Of a stretch of DNA of 64,000 nt, positions 1 through 9,111 are shown in pieces. The DNA is from an uncultured delta proteobacterium (GTDB taxonomy: Bacteria > Myxococcota > Myxococcia > Myxococcales > Anaeromyxobacteraceae). A program made the position numbers and the translations under genes. The stretch lies in NCBI GenBank assembly GCA_963828255.1, contig CAWHDZ010000030.1, forward strand, positions 96,001 to 160,000. The letters are read 5' to 3'. Positions within the stretch are counted from its first letter, which is position 1; each line of letters opens with the position of its first letter. The notes beneath the pieces were generated by a model. That model searched no databases and was not told the origin of the DNA. It saw only the letters and a program-made list of their open reading frames with translations.

Positions 1-252
1 GAGCTCTTCCGGGATGGCGGCGATCCCGAGGCGGTGGTGGCGGCGCGCGGGCTCGCGCAGGTGTCGGACGAGTCGGCGGTGGAGGCGGCGGCCGACGCGG
101 TGATCGCGGCCAGCCCCGCCGAGGTGGAGCGCTACCGCGCCGGCAACCAGAAGCTCATCGGCTTCCTGGTCGGCCAGGTGATGAAGTCCATGAAGGGAAA
201 GGGGAACCCGGCGGTGGTGAATGCGGTGCTCAAGCGAAAGCTGGGCGGATAG
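1..252 (+). CDS. gatB: Asp/Glu-tRNA amidotransferase subunit B, C-terminal part (5' truncated by window)
   Basis: Frame open from base 1; GatB/YqeY-type tail ...QVSDE...YRAGNQKLIGFLVGQVMKSMKGKGNPAVVN. Confidence 0.92.
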   Translation, partial: ELFRDGGDPEAVVAARGLAQVSDESAVEAAADAVIAASPAEVERYRAGNQKLIGFLVGQVMKSMKGKGNPAVVNAVLKRKLGG

Positions 253-253
253 C

Positions 254-472
254 GTGGCCTGGGCGGGATGGGGAGCCGGTCCGGCCGGCGCAGGCTCCGC
301 CGGCGGCCCGAGCCGCTGGTTCCTCGTCGTGCTGCTGGTCCTCTCCGGGGTGGTGGCCGGCGTGCTGCTGCGCGACGGGCACTGGCTCGAGGGGGGCGTG
401 GCCGGGGCCGGGGCCCTCTACTTCGGCCTGCGCGCCTCGGGGCGGCTGGGCAGGCGAGGAGGCGGACAGTGA
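254..472 (+). CDS. small membrane protein
   Basis: GTG 1 nt after the gatB stop; two hydrophobic segments; stop overlaps the mtnA start (GTGA). Confidence 0.55.
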   Translation: MAWAGWGAGPAGAGSAGGPSRWFLVVLLVLSGVVAGVLLRDGHWLEGGVAGAGALYFGLRASGRLGRRGGGQ

Positions 473-1482
473 CGGAACGTGAAGTGCTCCGACCGGTGCT
501 CTACGACGACGGCAGGGACGAGGTCCGGCTGCTCGACCAGCGGCTCCTGCCCGCCGAGGAGACCTGGCTCGCCCTCACCACGGCCGAGGAGGTCGCCGAC
601 GCCATCCGGACGCTCGCGGTGCGGGGGGCGCCGGCCATCGGGGTGGCCGCCGCCTACGGCCTCGCGGTCGAGGCCCGCCGCGGCGCGTCCCCGGAGCGGC
701 TGCACGCGGCGGCGGCGCTGCTGGCCCGGGCGCGCCCCACCGCGGTGAACCTGGAATGGGCGGTGCGGCGCATGTCGCGCAAGATCGGGGAGCCCGCCCT
801 GGCCGTGCTCGCGGAGGCCCACGCCATCCGCGACGAGGACGAGGCCTCCTGCCGGCGCATCGGGGCGCTGGGGGCGCCGCTCTTGCCACCCCAGGCCCGC
901 GTCCTCACCCACTGCAACGCCGGCGCGCTGGCCACCGCGGCCTACGGGACCGCGCTCGGGATCGTGCGCGCCGCCCGGGAGGCGGGACGGCTCGAGCACG
1001 TCTTCGCCGACGAGACCCGCCCGTTCTTCCAGGGTGCGCGCCTCACCGCATGGGAACTCCAGCGGGACGGCATCCCCGTCACCATCCTCACAGACGGGAT
1101 GGCCGGCTGGCTCATGGCCCGCGGGGAGATCTCCTGCGTGGTCGTGGGAGCCGACCGCATCGCCGCGAACGGCGACGTGGCCAACAAGATCGGGACCTAC
1201 GGGCTGGCCGTGCTGGCCCGCCACCACGACATCCCGTTCTACGTGGCCGCACCCTGGAGCACCTTCGACCCCTCCATCTCCACCGGCGCCGGCATCCCCA
1301 TCGAGGAGCGCGGGTCGGAGGAGGTGGTGCGCATCTTCGGGAAGCTCGTCGCTCCCGAGGGCGTTCCGGCCCGCTACCCCGCCTTCGACGTCACCCCGGC
1401 CGGCCTGGTCACGGCCATCGTCACCGAGCGGGGGGTGCTCCGCGCCCCGTACGGCCCGGCCATCCGGGCGCTCGTCGGTTAG
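469..1482 (+). CDS. mtnA: S-methyl-5-thioribose-1-phosphate isomerase
   Basis: [55 protein letters not shown] motifs. Confidence 0.95.
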   Translation: MTEREVLRPVLYDDGRDEVRLLDQRLLPAEETWLALTTAEEVADAIRTLAVRGAPAIGVAAAYGLAVEARRGASPERLHAAAALLARARPTAVNLEWAVRRMSRKIGEPALAVLAEAHAIRDEDEASCRRIGALGAPLLPPQARVLTHCNAGALATAAYGTALGIVRAAREAGRLEHVFADETRPFFQGARLTAWELQRDGIPVTILTDGMAGWLMARGEISCVVVGADRIAANGDVANKIGTYGLAVLARHHDIPFYVAAPWSTFDPSISTGAGIPIEERGSEEVVRIFGKLVAPEGVPARYPAFDVTPAGLVTAIVTERGVLRAPYGPAIRALVG

Positions 1483-1531
1483 GAACCCGTCCGTGCCCAG
1501 CGACGGAACCCCCCGACACCGCGTCACCCGC

Positions 1532-2395
1532 ATGCCCGGCTCCGGGCGCGAGATCCTCTCGATCGGGCTGCGCGCCTCGCCGCTCCGCGACGTCTACCAC
1601 TCGCTCCTCACCACCACCTGGGCCCAGTTCTTCGGGCTCGTGCTCGTCACCTACCTGGGCGCGAACCTGGTCTTCGCGATGGGCTATCTCGGCATCGGCG
1701 ACGGCATCGAGGAGGCGCGGCCGGGGAACTTCTCCGACGCCTTCTTCTTCAGCGTCCAGACCATGGCCACCATCGGCTACGGCAAGATGGCGCCGCGGGG
1801 GCTCTCGGCGAACCTGCTCGTCACCCTGGAGGCGCTCGTCGGGCTCCTCGGGCTGGCCCTGGTCACCGGGCTCGTCTTCGCCAAGTTCTCCCGTCCCACC
1901 GCGCGGGTGATCTTCAGCAGGAACGTGGTGATCACCCGCTTCGACGGGGTCCCCTCGCTGCTCGTGCGCCTCGCCAACGAGCGCGGCAACCAGATCGCCG
2001 AGGCCCAGGCCCACCTGGTGCTGCTTCGCACAGAGCGCACGCCCGAGGGGGAGGAGGTCCGGCGCGCCCACGACCTGCGGCTGCGGCGCAGCCAGTCGGC
2101 CTTCTTCGCCTTCACCTGGCTCGTCGTGCACCCCATCACCCCGGACAGCCCGCTCTTCGGCGAGACGGCGGAGAGCCTGCGGGCGAAGGACGTGGACCTG
2201 GTGGCCTCGATGACCGGGCTCGACGAGACCCTCTCCCAGTCGGTGCACGCCCGCCACGCATGGACGCCGGAACAGATCCTCTGGGACCACCACTTCGGGG
2301 ACGTCCTGGTGAGTCTCCCCGACGGGAGGCGCGCCATCGATTACCGGAGGTTCCACGACGTGGAGCGGGACGGCGCTACCCTCGCTCGTCGATGA
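1532..2395 (+). CDS. inward-rectifier K+ channel (KirBac-like)
   Basis: FFFSVQTMATIGYG filter, two TM helices, Kir cytoplasmic domain (HPITPDSPL); alternative GTG start at 1493. Confidence 0.9.
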   Translation: MPGSGREILSIGLRASPLRDVYHSLLTTTWAQFFGLVLVTYLGANLVFAMGYLGIGDGIEEARPGNFSDAFFFSVQTMATIGYGKMAPRGLSANLLVTLEALVGLLGLALVTGLVFAKFSRPTARVIFSRNVVITRFDGVPSLLVRLANERGNQIAEAQAHLVLLRTERTPEGEEVRRAHDLRLRRSQSAFFAFTWLVVHPITPDSPLFGETAESLRAKDVDLVASMTGLDETLSQSVHARHAWTPEQILWDHHFGDVLVSLPDGRRAIDYRRFHDVERDGATLARR

Positions 2396-3794
2396 CCTCT
2401 CCCCCCGGTCCCAGGAGCCGGAGCGACACCCACGACTCCCCGTGGGCGTGGGTCGCGCAGGAGAGGCAGGGGTCGAAGGCGCGGATGGCCGCCTCCACCC
2501 GGTTGAGGAGGGCCGGGGTGATGCGGGCGCCATCCAGCCAGCGCGAGGCCGCCTGGTGCACGGCGCGGTCCATCGAGAGCGCGTTCTGGGCGCTGGCGAT
2601 GAGGAGATCGACGCCGGTGACCAGCCCGCCGTCGTCCACGCGGTAGCGGTGGAAGAGCGTTCCTCGCGGCGCCTCGCAGACGCCGACCCCTTCCCGCAGC
2701 CGCTTGCCGGGCGGGGCCAGGACGTCCCGGCCGAGGAGCGCGGGATCGTCGAGCAGTTCCTCCATCCGCTCCAGCGCGTAGAGGATCTCCACCAGGCGGG
2801 CCCGGTGGGCGCGGAAGGTGGACAGCAGCGTGGCCCCGGCCGTGCCCCGGAGCCGTTCGAGGGCGCGGTCGGCGCGCGGCGTGCCGCATCCCGACACGGC
2901 GTTGAGCCGCGCCAGCGGTCCGACCCGGTAGGCTCCCGCGGGCAGCCCCAGCGACCGCCAGTGGGCGGGCTTCAGGTAGCTCGAGCCGTCGGCCCGCTCC
3001 TCGATGAACGCGCCGTACCGGGAGGGGTCGTTGCCCTCCTCGAGGAGCTCGCCGTCCGCGGAGACGAGTCGCAGGCGGCCCCCGTCGAAGGACAGCAACC
3101 CGTCGGACCCGACGAGCGCCAGGAAGGCGGTGGGGAAGTTCCCGCACGATTCCGCCTCCTCGGCGTGGCGAGGCTCCTCGGCCTCCCACCAGGCGAGGGC
3201 GCGCTCCGCGGCGCCGAGCGCTCCGGGCAGTCCCGTCAGGATCGCCTGCCGCGCCTCCGGCGCGAGCGGCCGGGCCACGCCCCCGGGCACCGTGAAGGCC
3301 CCGTGGATGCGCTGGCCGGTCACCTTCTCGATCACGCCCTGTCCGAAGGCCCGGAGCGCGACGCCGTCACGGGCCAGGTCCGGCGCCGCCTCCTGCAGGC
3401 CGAGGATGCTGCGCCGCTCCGGGGCGGCCTCGTGTCCGAGGACGAAGTCCGGGGCCGAGAGGTAGAAGAAGGAGAGGGCGTGGGACTGGACGATCTGCGC
3501 CAGCTGGAGGAGCTCGCGAAGCCGCCGCGCCGCCAGCGGGGGCGAGGCCCCCAGGATGACGTCTCCGGCCCGCGAGGCGGCGAGGAAGTGGGACACCGGG
3601 CAGATCCCGCAGATGCGCGCGGTGAGCGCCGGCATCTCCCCGAGCGGCCGGCCCACGCAGATCGACTCGAATCCGCGGAGCTGCATGACCTGGACGTGGG
3701 CGGATGCGACCGTGCCGGCGTCGCCGAGCTCGATGGTGACGCGCGCGCGTCCCTCGATGCGGGTGACGGGATCGATGATCAGGCGGCTGCCCAT
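2376..3794 (-). CDS. hoxH: [NiFe] hydrogenase large subunit, group 3 (HoxH-like)
   Basis: DPVTRIEG, RICGIC (L1), EAPRGTLFH, DPCLSCATH (L2) followed by a cleavable C-terminal extension. Confidence 0.9.
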   Translation of the reverse strand: MGSRLIIDPVTRIEGRARVTIELGDAGTVASAHVQVMQLRGFESICVGRPLGEMPALTARICGICPVSHFLAASRAGDVILGASPPLAARRLRELLQLAQIVQSHALSFFYLSAPDFVLGHEAAPERRSILGLQEAAPDLARDGVALRAFGQGVIEKVTGQRIHGAFTVPGGVARPLAPEARQAILTGLPGALGAAERALAWWEAEEPRHAEEAESCGNFPTAFLALVGSDGLLSFDGGRLRLVSADGELLEEGNDPSRYGAFIEERADGSSYLKPAHWRSLGLPAGAYRVGPLARLNAVSGCGTPRADRALERLRGTAGATLLSTFRAHRARLVEILYALERMEELLDDPALLGRDVLAPPGKRLREGVGVCEAPRGTLFHRYRVDDGGLVTGVDLLIASAQNALSMDRAVHQAASRWLDGARITPALLNRVEAAIRAFDPCLSCATHAHGESWVSLRLLGPGGEVIDERG

Positions 3795-3797
3795 CGT

Positions 3798-5021
3798 TCA
3801 CCCGAAGCGAAGGAGGCCGGCGAGGTCGGGGGCTCGCCCGGCCACGAGGTCGGAGAGCACCAGGAAGAGGAGATCGGGGTGAGGGGGGCAGCCGGGCAGC
3901 GAGAGATCCACCCGCACCTGCTCGTGGAGGGGGAGCACCCGGTCGAGGAGGGCCGGCAGGCCGGGCGCGCGCGCCGGGACCCCATCGGGACCGGCCCAGG
4001 CCCGCGCCAGCACCGCCGCCGCCCCCCCCACTCCATCCCGCATGGCCGTGACGTTTCCGTCGACCGCGCAGTCGCCCAGCGCCACGAGCAGGTTGGTGTT
4101 CGCCCGGACCTGGGCGAGGAGCGCCGCCTCGTCCTCGGTGGCCACCGCGCCCTCCACCAGGCAGACGTCGACGTCCCGGGGGAAGGCCTTCACGTCGGTG
4201 AGCGGGGAGAAGACGAGGTCGATGCGGGGAGCGAGGTCGAGGAGCCGCCCGTCGAGGTCGAGGAGCGACATGTGGCACCCGGAGCAGCCTCCCAGCCAGA
4301 CGGTGGCCAGGCGGAGCCTTGGCCCGGCGGCGGGAAGGGGGGCCGGCGGAGGCGCGGGCGGCGGCGGACGCCGCGGGAGGAGCCCCTGCGCGGCCAGCGC
4401 CTTCTCGAAGATCGCACCGGTCGGGCAGGCGTCGACGCAGCGCCCGCAGTCGGTGCAGGCCCGGCTCTCCCCCCATGTTTCACCATCGGTGACGATGCGC
4501 GAGCCGAGGCCGTGGCCGGCCACGCCGAGGGCGCTGGCCCGCTCCAGCTCCGTGCAGGCCCGCACGCAGCGCGTGCAGAGGATGCAGCGCCCGGGGTCGA
4601 GCGCGAAGCGGGCGCGCGTGGCGTCCACGGGCCAGCGCGGGATCTCCGGTCCCGTCCGGACGGCGTCGAGCCCGACCAGGCGCCCCAGCTCCTGCAGCTC
4701 GCAGCCGCCGCTGGCCGGGCAGCAGGCGCAGACGTGGTGGCCGCCGGCGAAGAGCATCTCGGCCACGGCGAGCCGGTGGGCCCGCAGCGCGGGCGTGTCG
4801 GTGAGCACGCGCATCCCGCTCCGGGCCGGCGTCACGCAGGCCGGGATCGGACGATCCTCCCCCTCCACCTCGACCAGGCAGACGCGGCAACTCGCCACCC
4901 CGGACAGGCCTTCCATGTGGCAGAGGGACGGGAGCGGGACGCCGCCCGCGCGACAGGCGTCGAGCAGCGTGGCGCCCGGAGGCGCCGGAACGGGGCGGCC
5001 GTCGATGAACAGGTTCCCCAG
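3798..5021 (-). CDS. fused HoxU (Fe-S subunit) - HoxY (hydrogenase small subunit)
   Basis: N-part: LCH...CRVC...C, HHVCACC...C, CILCTRC, CTDCGRCVDACP. Pro-rich linker. C-part: GCSGCHMS, EGAV, GDCA, PGCPP. The reading frame extends past ATG 4916 to a CTG at 5021 behind GGAGG. Confidence 0.85.
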   Translation of the reverse strand: MGNLFIDGRPVPAPPGATLLDACRAGGVPLPSLCHMEGLSGVASCRVCLVEVEGEDRPIPACVTPARSGMRVLTDTPALRAHRLAVAEMLFAGGHHVCACCPASGGCELQELGRLVGLDAVRTGPEIPRWPVDATRARFALDPGRCILCTRCVRACTELERASALGVAGHGLGSRIVTDGETWGESRACTDCGRCVDACPTGAIFEKALAAQGLLPRRPPPPAPPPAPLPAAGPRLRLATVWLGGCSGCHMSLLDLDGRLLDLAPRIDLVFSPLTDVKAFPRDVDVCLVEGAVATEDEAALLAQVRANTNLLVALGDCAVDGNVTAMRDGVGGAAAVLARAWAGPDGVPARAPGLPALLDRVLPLHEQVRVDLSLPGCPPHPDLLFLVLSDLVAGRAPDLAGLLRFG

Positions 5022-5239
5022 AGTCCCCTCCTGGGAGGGATCCTACGCCCACCCGGGAGGACCGTCGCGTCGTCCGCGCCGGCTGGACCTCCTGTCACCA
5101 TCTTCCGGGCCATCTGGCGTGCGCTCCTGCCTGCCCTCGCCTTCCTGCGGAGCCCGTCCGGGGTGCGGTTTTCGTGGCAACCTGGGACGCGGAGGACCAT
5201 ACCTGCCTCGCCGACAGAAACCTCACCGGAGGCTGGCCC

Positions 5240-6613
5240 ATGGTCGAACGAGCATGCGTGTTCCGTGGCGGGACGCTGGCTGGCCTCCTTCTCGCCCTGA
5301 TGCCTGGGCGGGCGCTCGCCCAGACCAGCGGGGTGCTCTTCCCTCCGAGCATCGCCATCACCAACTACGACCGGGTGCTGGTCGGCCAGGAGGAGGCCCT
5401 CGAGGCCGGAGCATTCGTGGCTCGCGTGGGGGACACGACCTCGGGCTGGTACAACCCGGCCGGAATGGCCTCCATGCCCCGCAGCGCGATCGGCGCGAGC
5501 GCCAGCGGGTTCGAGACCGACGTGCTCTCCCTGGAGGGCGTGGGCAAGCAGCGCGGCGGCGGGATGTCGATCTACCAGCTCCCCTCGTTCTTCGGCGCCG
5601 TCCTGGGGCGCGACGTGATCGACTCCGAGCACTGGCGCATCGGCCTCACCATCACGAAGCCCACCGCGTGGGACCAGGAGATCGTCGGAGGCTTCTCCGG
5701 GAGCACCCGCGTCGCCTACGCGTCTCACGTCGCCCTCTCCACGCTCACGCCCATGTTCTCGGCGAGCTACTCCCCGTTCCCCTCGCTCCGCTTCGGCGCG
5801 GGCCTCGGCGTCGCCATCACCTCCCTCAGCGAGATCCAGACCCTCTCCGAGCAGGTGGCCTTGCCGACGTCGGCCGACGCGTTCCTCCGGACCCTGGACG
5901 GCAGCGGATCGATCTGGAACCTGACCGGGACGCTCGGCGTCCAGTGGGACGTGACGGAACACCTGGTCCTGGGAGGCATGGCGCGCCTCCCAGGCCTCAA
6001 GATGATCCAGAGCGGGAGCCTGATGTACCAGAACCTCGACAACCGGGCGACGCCCTGGAACCAGACCTTCTTCAACGACCAGGACGCCACCTTCGACTAC
6101 CGACTGCCCTTCGACGTGAACGTGGGCCTGGCCTGGCGGTCGAGGTCCTTCGAGGTGGAGGCCGACCTGCGCTACCACGGCGCCATCTCCCAGTATTACC
6201 TGCTGACGAGCAGCAAGCCGGTGTCCATCACGACGACCGACGTGGCCGGGAACCCGGTCTACACGACCCAGCCGTTCGCGGGCGTGACCAACGGCGCCCG
6301 CACGGTCTGGAACGTCGCCCTGGGCGGTCGTTACAACCTGAACGAGTCGTGGAGCTTCCACGGGGGGTTCTTCACCGACGGCTCCCCCACCGATTCCTCC
6401 GGGGAGAACCTCTTCCGGAGCGTGGACATGTACGGGATCACGGTCGGAGCCAAGCTCCGCGGGGAGCACCTCTCCGGGTCCCTGGGGTTCGGCTACTCGT
6501 GGGGCAGCTCGCAGCCCTTCCAGTTCGGCGACCCGGTCAACGGCACTCCCATCACCACCCGGCTCACGGTCACCAGCTTGAGCCTGCTCTACGCGGTGGC
6601 CTACAAGTTCTAG
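5240..6613 (+). CDS. outer-membrane beta-barrel, FadL/OmpP1-like
   Basis: Signal peptide, YNPAG motif, amphipathic strands, C-terminal Y-x-F. Confidence 0.7.
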   Translation: MVERACVFRGGTLAGLLLALMPGRALAQTSGVLFPPSIAITNYDRVLVGQEEALEAGAFVARVGDTTSGWYNPAGMASMPRSAIGASASGFETDVLSLEGVGKQRGGGMSIYQLPSFFGAVLGRDVIDSEHWRIGLTITKPTAWDQEIVGGFSGSTRVAYASHVALSTLTPMFSASYSPFPSLRFGAGLGVAITSLSEIQTLSEQVALPTSADAFLRTLDGSGSIWNLTGTLGVQWDVTEHLVLGGMARLPGLKMIQSGSLMYQNLDNRATPWNQTFFNDQDATFDYRLPFDVNVGLAWRSRSFEVEADLRYHGAISQYYLLTSSKPVSITTTDVAGNPVYTTQPFAGVTNGARTVWNVALGGRYNLNESWSFHGGFFTDGSPTDSSGENLFRSVDMYGITVGAKLRGEHLSGSLGFGYSWGSSQPFQFGDPVNGTPITTRLTVTSLSLLYAVAYKF

Positions 6614-6614
6614 G

Positions 6615-7487
6615 ATGAGCCAACGATTCCGGGCGGAAGTCACTGAACTGCTCGAGGCAGCCGCCGTCAACTGGGTGCACGACCATGCCCAGAGCATGGG
6701 CGCGGCGCTGGCCTTCTACACCATGTTCTCGATCGCGCCGCTCCTCTTGATCGTGATCGCCGTCGCCGGGATGTTCGTCGGGGAGGAATCGGCCCGAAGC
6801 GAGATCCTCCGCCAGCTGAGCGGGTTGCTCGGCGGTCCCGGTGCGGGGGCCGTGGAGGGCATGCTGGAGGACGTGGCCCTTCCCGCCAAGCACACGCTCG
6901 CCACCGTCCTCGGATCGGTGCTCCTGTTCATCGGCGCGACGTCGGTGTTTGCCGAGTTGCAGGATGCGCTCGATCGGATCTGGCGGGTGCCGGCCAGGTC
7001 CGGATACGCCGGGCTGTGGCGACTGGTGCGCGCCCGCCTGCTGTCCTTCGGCCTGGTCCTCGGGATCGGCTTCCTGCTGATGGTGTCGCTGGCGTTCAGC
7101 GCCGGGCTCGCCGCTCTGAGAAGCTGGTGGGATCCGCTTCCCGGCGGGTGGGCGAGCGTGGCAAACGCGATCGAGGTGGCGATCGGAGTCCTCCTGGCGA
7201 CGGCGGTGTTCGCCATGATCTACAAGGCGATGCCCCGGGCGCGCGTCGCCTGGAAGGACGTGTGGGTCGGCGCCGCGGTGACCGCGCTCCTGTTCATCGC
7301 CGGGAAGTTCCTGATCGGAACCTACATCGGAAGGAGTGGGGTCGCCCTGCGCTTCGGCGCCGCCGCGTCGCTCATCGTGGTGTTGCTCTGGGTGTACTAC
7401 TCGGCCCAGATCTTCCTGTTCGGGGCAGAATTCACCTGCGCCTTCTCGCACAGGTTCGGATCGCGCAGGGGGCAAGCACCCCCTTGA
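6615..7487 (+). CDS. YihY/virulence factor BrkB family membrane protein
   Basis: GAALAFYTMFSIAPLL, ELQDALDRIW, LLWVYYSAQIFLFGAEF. Confidence 0.92.
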   Translation: MSQRFRAEVTELLEAAAVNWVHDHAQSMGAALAFYTMFSIAPLLLIVIAVAGMFVGEESARSEILRQLSGLLGGPGAGAVEGMLEDVALPAKHTLATVLGSVLLFIGATSVFAELQDALDRIWRVPARSGYAGLWRLVRARLLSFGLVLGIGFLLMVSLAFSAGLAALRSWWDPLPGGWASVANAIEVAIGVLLATAVFAMIYKAMPRARVAWKDVWVGAAVTALLFIAGKFLIGTYIGRSGVALRFGAAASLIVVLLWVYYSAQIFLFGAEFTCAFSHRFGSRRGQAPP

Positions 7488-7526
7488 GGAAGGCCGGCCC
7501 CGGGAACGGAGCCGGTCCGTGTTCCA

Positions 7527-7900
7527 TCACCCGCGCCCGGGGCGCGGCGGAGGCTGGTGGTGCCACGGGCGCCCGCGATGGTGCGCTCGCCAGTGAGTTT
7601 GGACCGAGAACGTCACCACCGGGACCCCGACGCGTGGCCGGGAATTCATGATCAGGACCTGCTGTCCCCCGAACGGGACCGACAGGAATCGACCGTGGAC
7701 CCGGCTGCGCTTGAACCCCACGCCGACGTCGCACCAGTGCCAGCCGTCGAGGCACCCGAGGCTGTTGACGGGCGTGCCGCCCTGCAGCCAGGATTCGAGC
7801 GGGAAGCTCCGGTCGGGCCGTGCGCTGACGTGGACGGCCTGCGAGGTGAATGCCTGTGTCATGGGAATCTGCTGGGTGACGATGACCTGAGCCAGCGACG
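7527..7900 (-). pseudogene. degenerate bacterial SH3-domain protein remnant
   Basis: AFTSQAVHVSARPDRSFPL...GTPV..LGCLDGWHWCDV...VPVVTFSVQTHW..HHRGRPW resembles SH3b proteins with key residues changed; no clear signal peptide or start; 5' boundary approximate. Confidence 0.5.
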
Positions 7901-8015
7901 CCACCGCCGGCTGGTGTTGGCGCTGGCAGGTGGTGCGGCGCCGCCCGGCCAGCCGACGAGGAGGGAGACCCCGTGGACTACGGAATACGGGGACGGACAC
8001 CCCCCGAGGACTGGC

Positions 8016-8711
8016 ATGAGACGCTGGGGATACCTTGTCGTGATCGGTGGCGCAGCGACCCGTGCGGGCGCCTCTGAGCCGGACTGTCTGGGCGCGCCCG
8101 CCGAGATTCCCGAAGCAGCGATCGAGCTTCGGGATGGCATCCATCTGGAGGTGGAGCGCTCTCCCTACACGGTCCGCGGGTCGACGGTGGCAGCCGTTCG
8201 GGAGGACATGACCGCGAAGAGCTGGGTGGAGAAGCCGGGGGCGTACGACGCCACCGTCAAGTGGAGCATTCAAAGCGCCTGGCGCTACGAGCCCCACGGG
8301 CAGGGTGGCTGCATCCTGGTATCTCCGATCGTGACCTTCAATCTGACGTACTGGTTTCCCTCCTGGGATCCGCCCGAGGCGCCTTCGGCCGAACTGAAGG
8401 CGCAGTGGGCGGCCTACATCGATGCGCTCCAGCGCCATGAACTCGGCCACCGAAACTCCGCGGTCTCCGCAGCCAATGCCATTCTGCGAGCACTCGAGCA
8501 TGGCTTCTCCGGACCGACGTGCAGCGAGGTCGAGGCAGCGGCCGCGGCATGCATGCGCGGAATCCTTGCGGCTCACGGGGATCGCGACAAGCGGTACGAC
8601 GACGTCACCAGGCACGGCGCCACCCAGGCCGCGCTCTGCTCCCTGACCATCGTCGATTCTGTGGCCGGGCAGCAGAGGTCTCATCCCGCTGGGCCTCGTG
8701 GGTGTGGGTAG
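8016..8711 (+). CDS. DUF922-like predicted secreted Zn-dependent protease
   Basis: Y.VRG, P.W...W..YIDALQRHELGH (HExxH), YDDVTRHGATQ tail; GAGGA upstream. Confidence 0.8.
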   Translation: MRRWGYLVVIGGAATRAGASEPDCLGAPAEIPEAAIELRDGIHLEVERSPYTVRGSTVAAVREDMTAKSWVEKPGAYDATVKWSIQSAWRYEPHGQGGCILVSPIVTFNLTYWFPSWDPPEAPSAELKAQWAAYIDALQRHELGHRNSAVSAANAILRALEHGFSGPTCSEVEAAAAACMRGILAAHGDRDKRYDDVTRHGATQAALCSLTIVDSVAGQQRSHPAGPRGCG

Positions 8712-8748
8712 GGAGTTCGACCCGCCATTCGGGTCGGGTGAACGCAGC
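8712..8748 (+). repeat. 37-bp hairpin repeat, copy 1
   Basis: GGAGTTCGACCCGCCATTCGGGTCGGGTGAACGCAGC; 34/37 identical to 11565-11601. Confidence 0.85.
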
Positions 8749-8791
8749 TCGGGAAGCCGGGTACCCTGCGCCAGGAAGATCTGAAGGGGGC

Positions 8792-8818
8792 CGCCCCCCC
8801 CCAGGAAGGGGGGGGGCG
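8792..8818. terminator. GC hairpin, putative terminator
   Basis: CGCCCCCCCCC-AGGAA-GGGGGGGGGCG 11-bp stem downstream of the DUF922 gene; no U-tract. Confidence 0.45.
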
Positions 8819-9111
8819 CGGGCCACCGACGCACTCACCGCGCACAAGTGGAGCGCGCTGGGTGTCGATGCCACGGGGAACTTCGACGAGAGGCGCTGGA
8901 GACCCCTGTCTGCGGCACACGTATCGCTCACGCGCAGGATGGCGCCGCGGAGGGTGAGATGAAGAGTCCTGTGAGGGACTGTAGGGAAATGACTCTGCCT
9001 CGTCGGCGGCTTCCGCGAGACCAGGCCCCAGCGTATTTTTGTGCATAGGTTCGTCATTCGGGAAGGAGCCCGGTGGGCGAACCAGGAAATCCACCCGGAG
9101 ATCTTCCCGAC

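Noticed and set aside
8848..9048. 66-aa ORF upstream of the beta-helix gene
   Set aside because: No RBS or motif and atypical codons; more likely promoter region.
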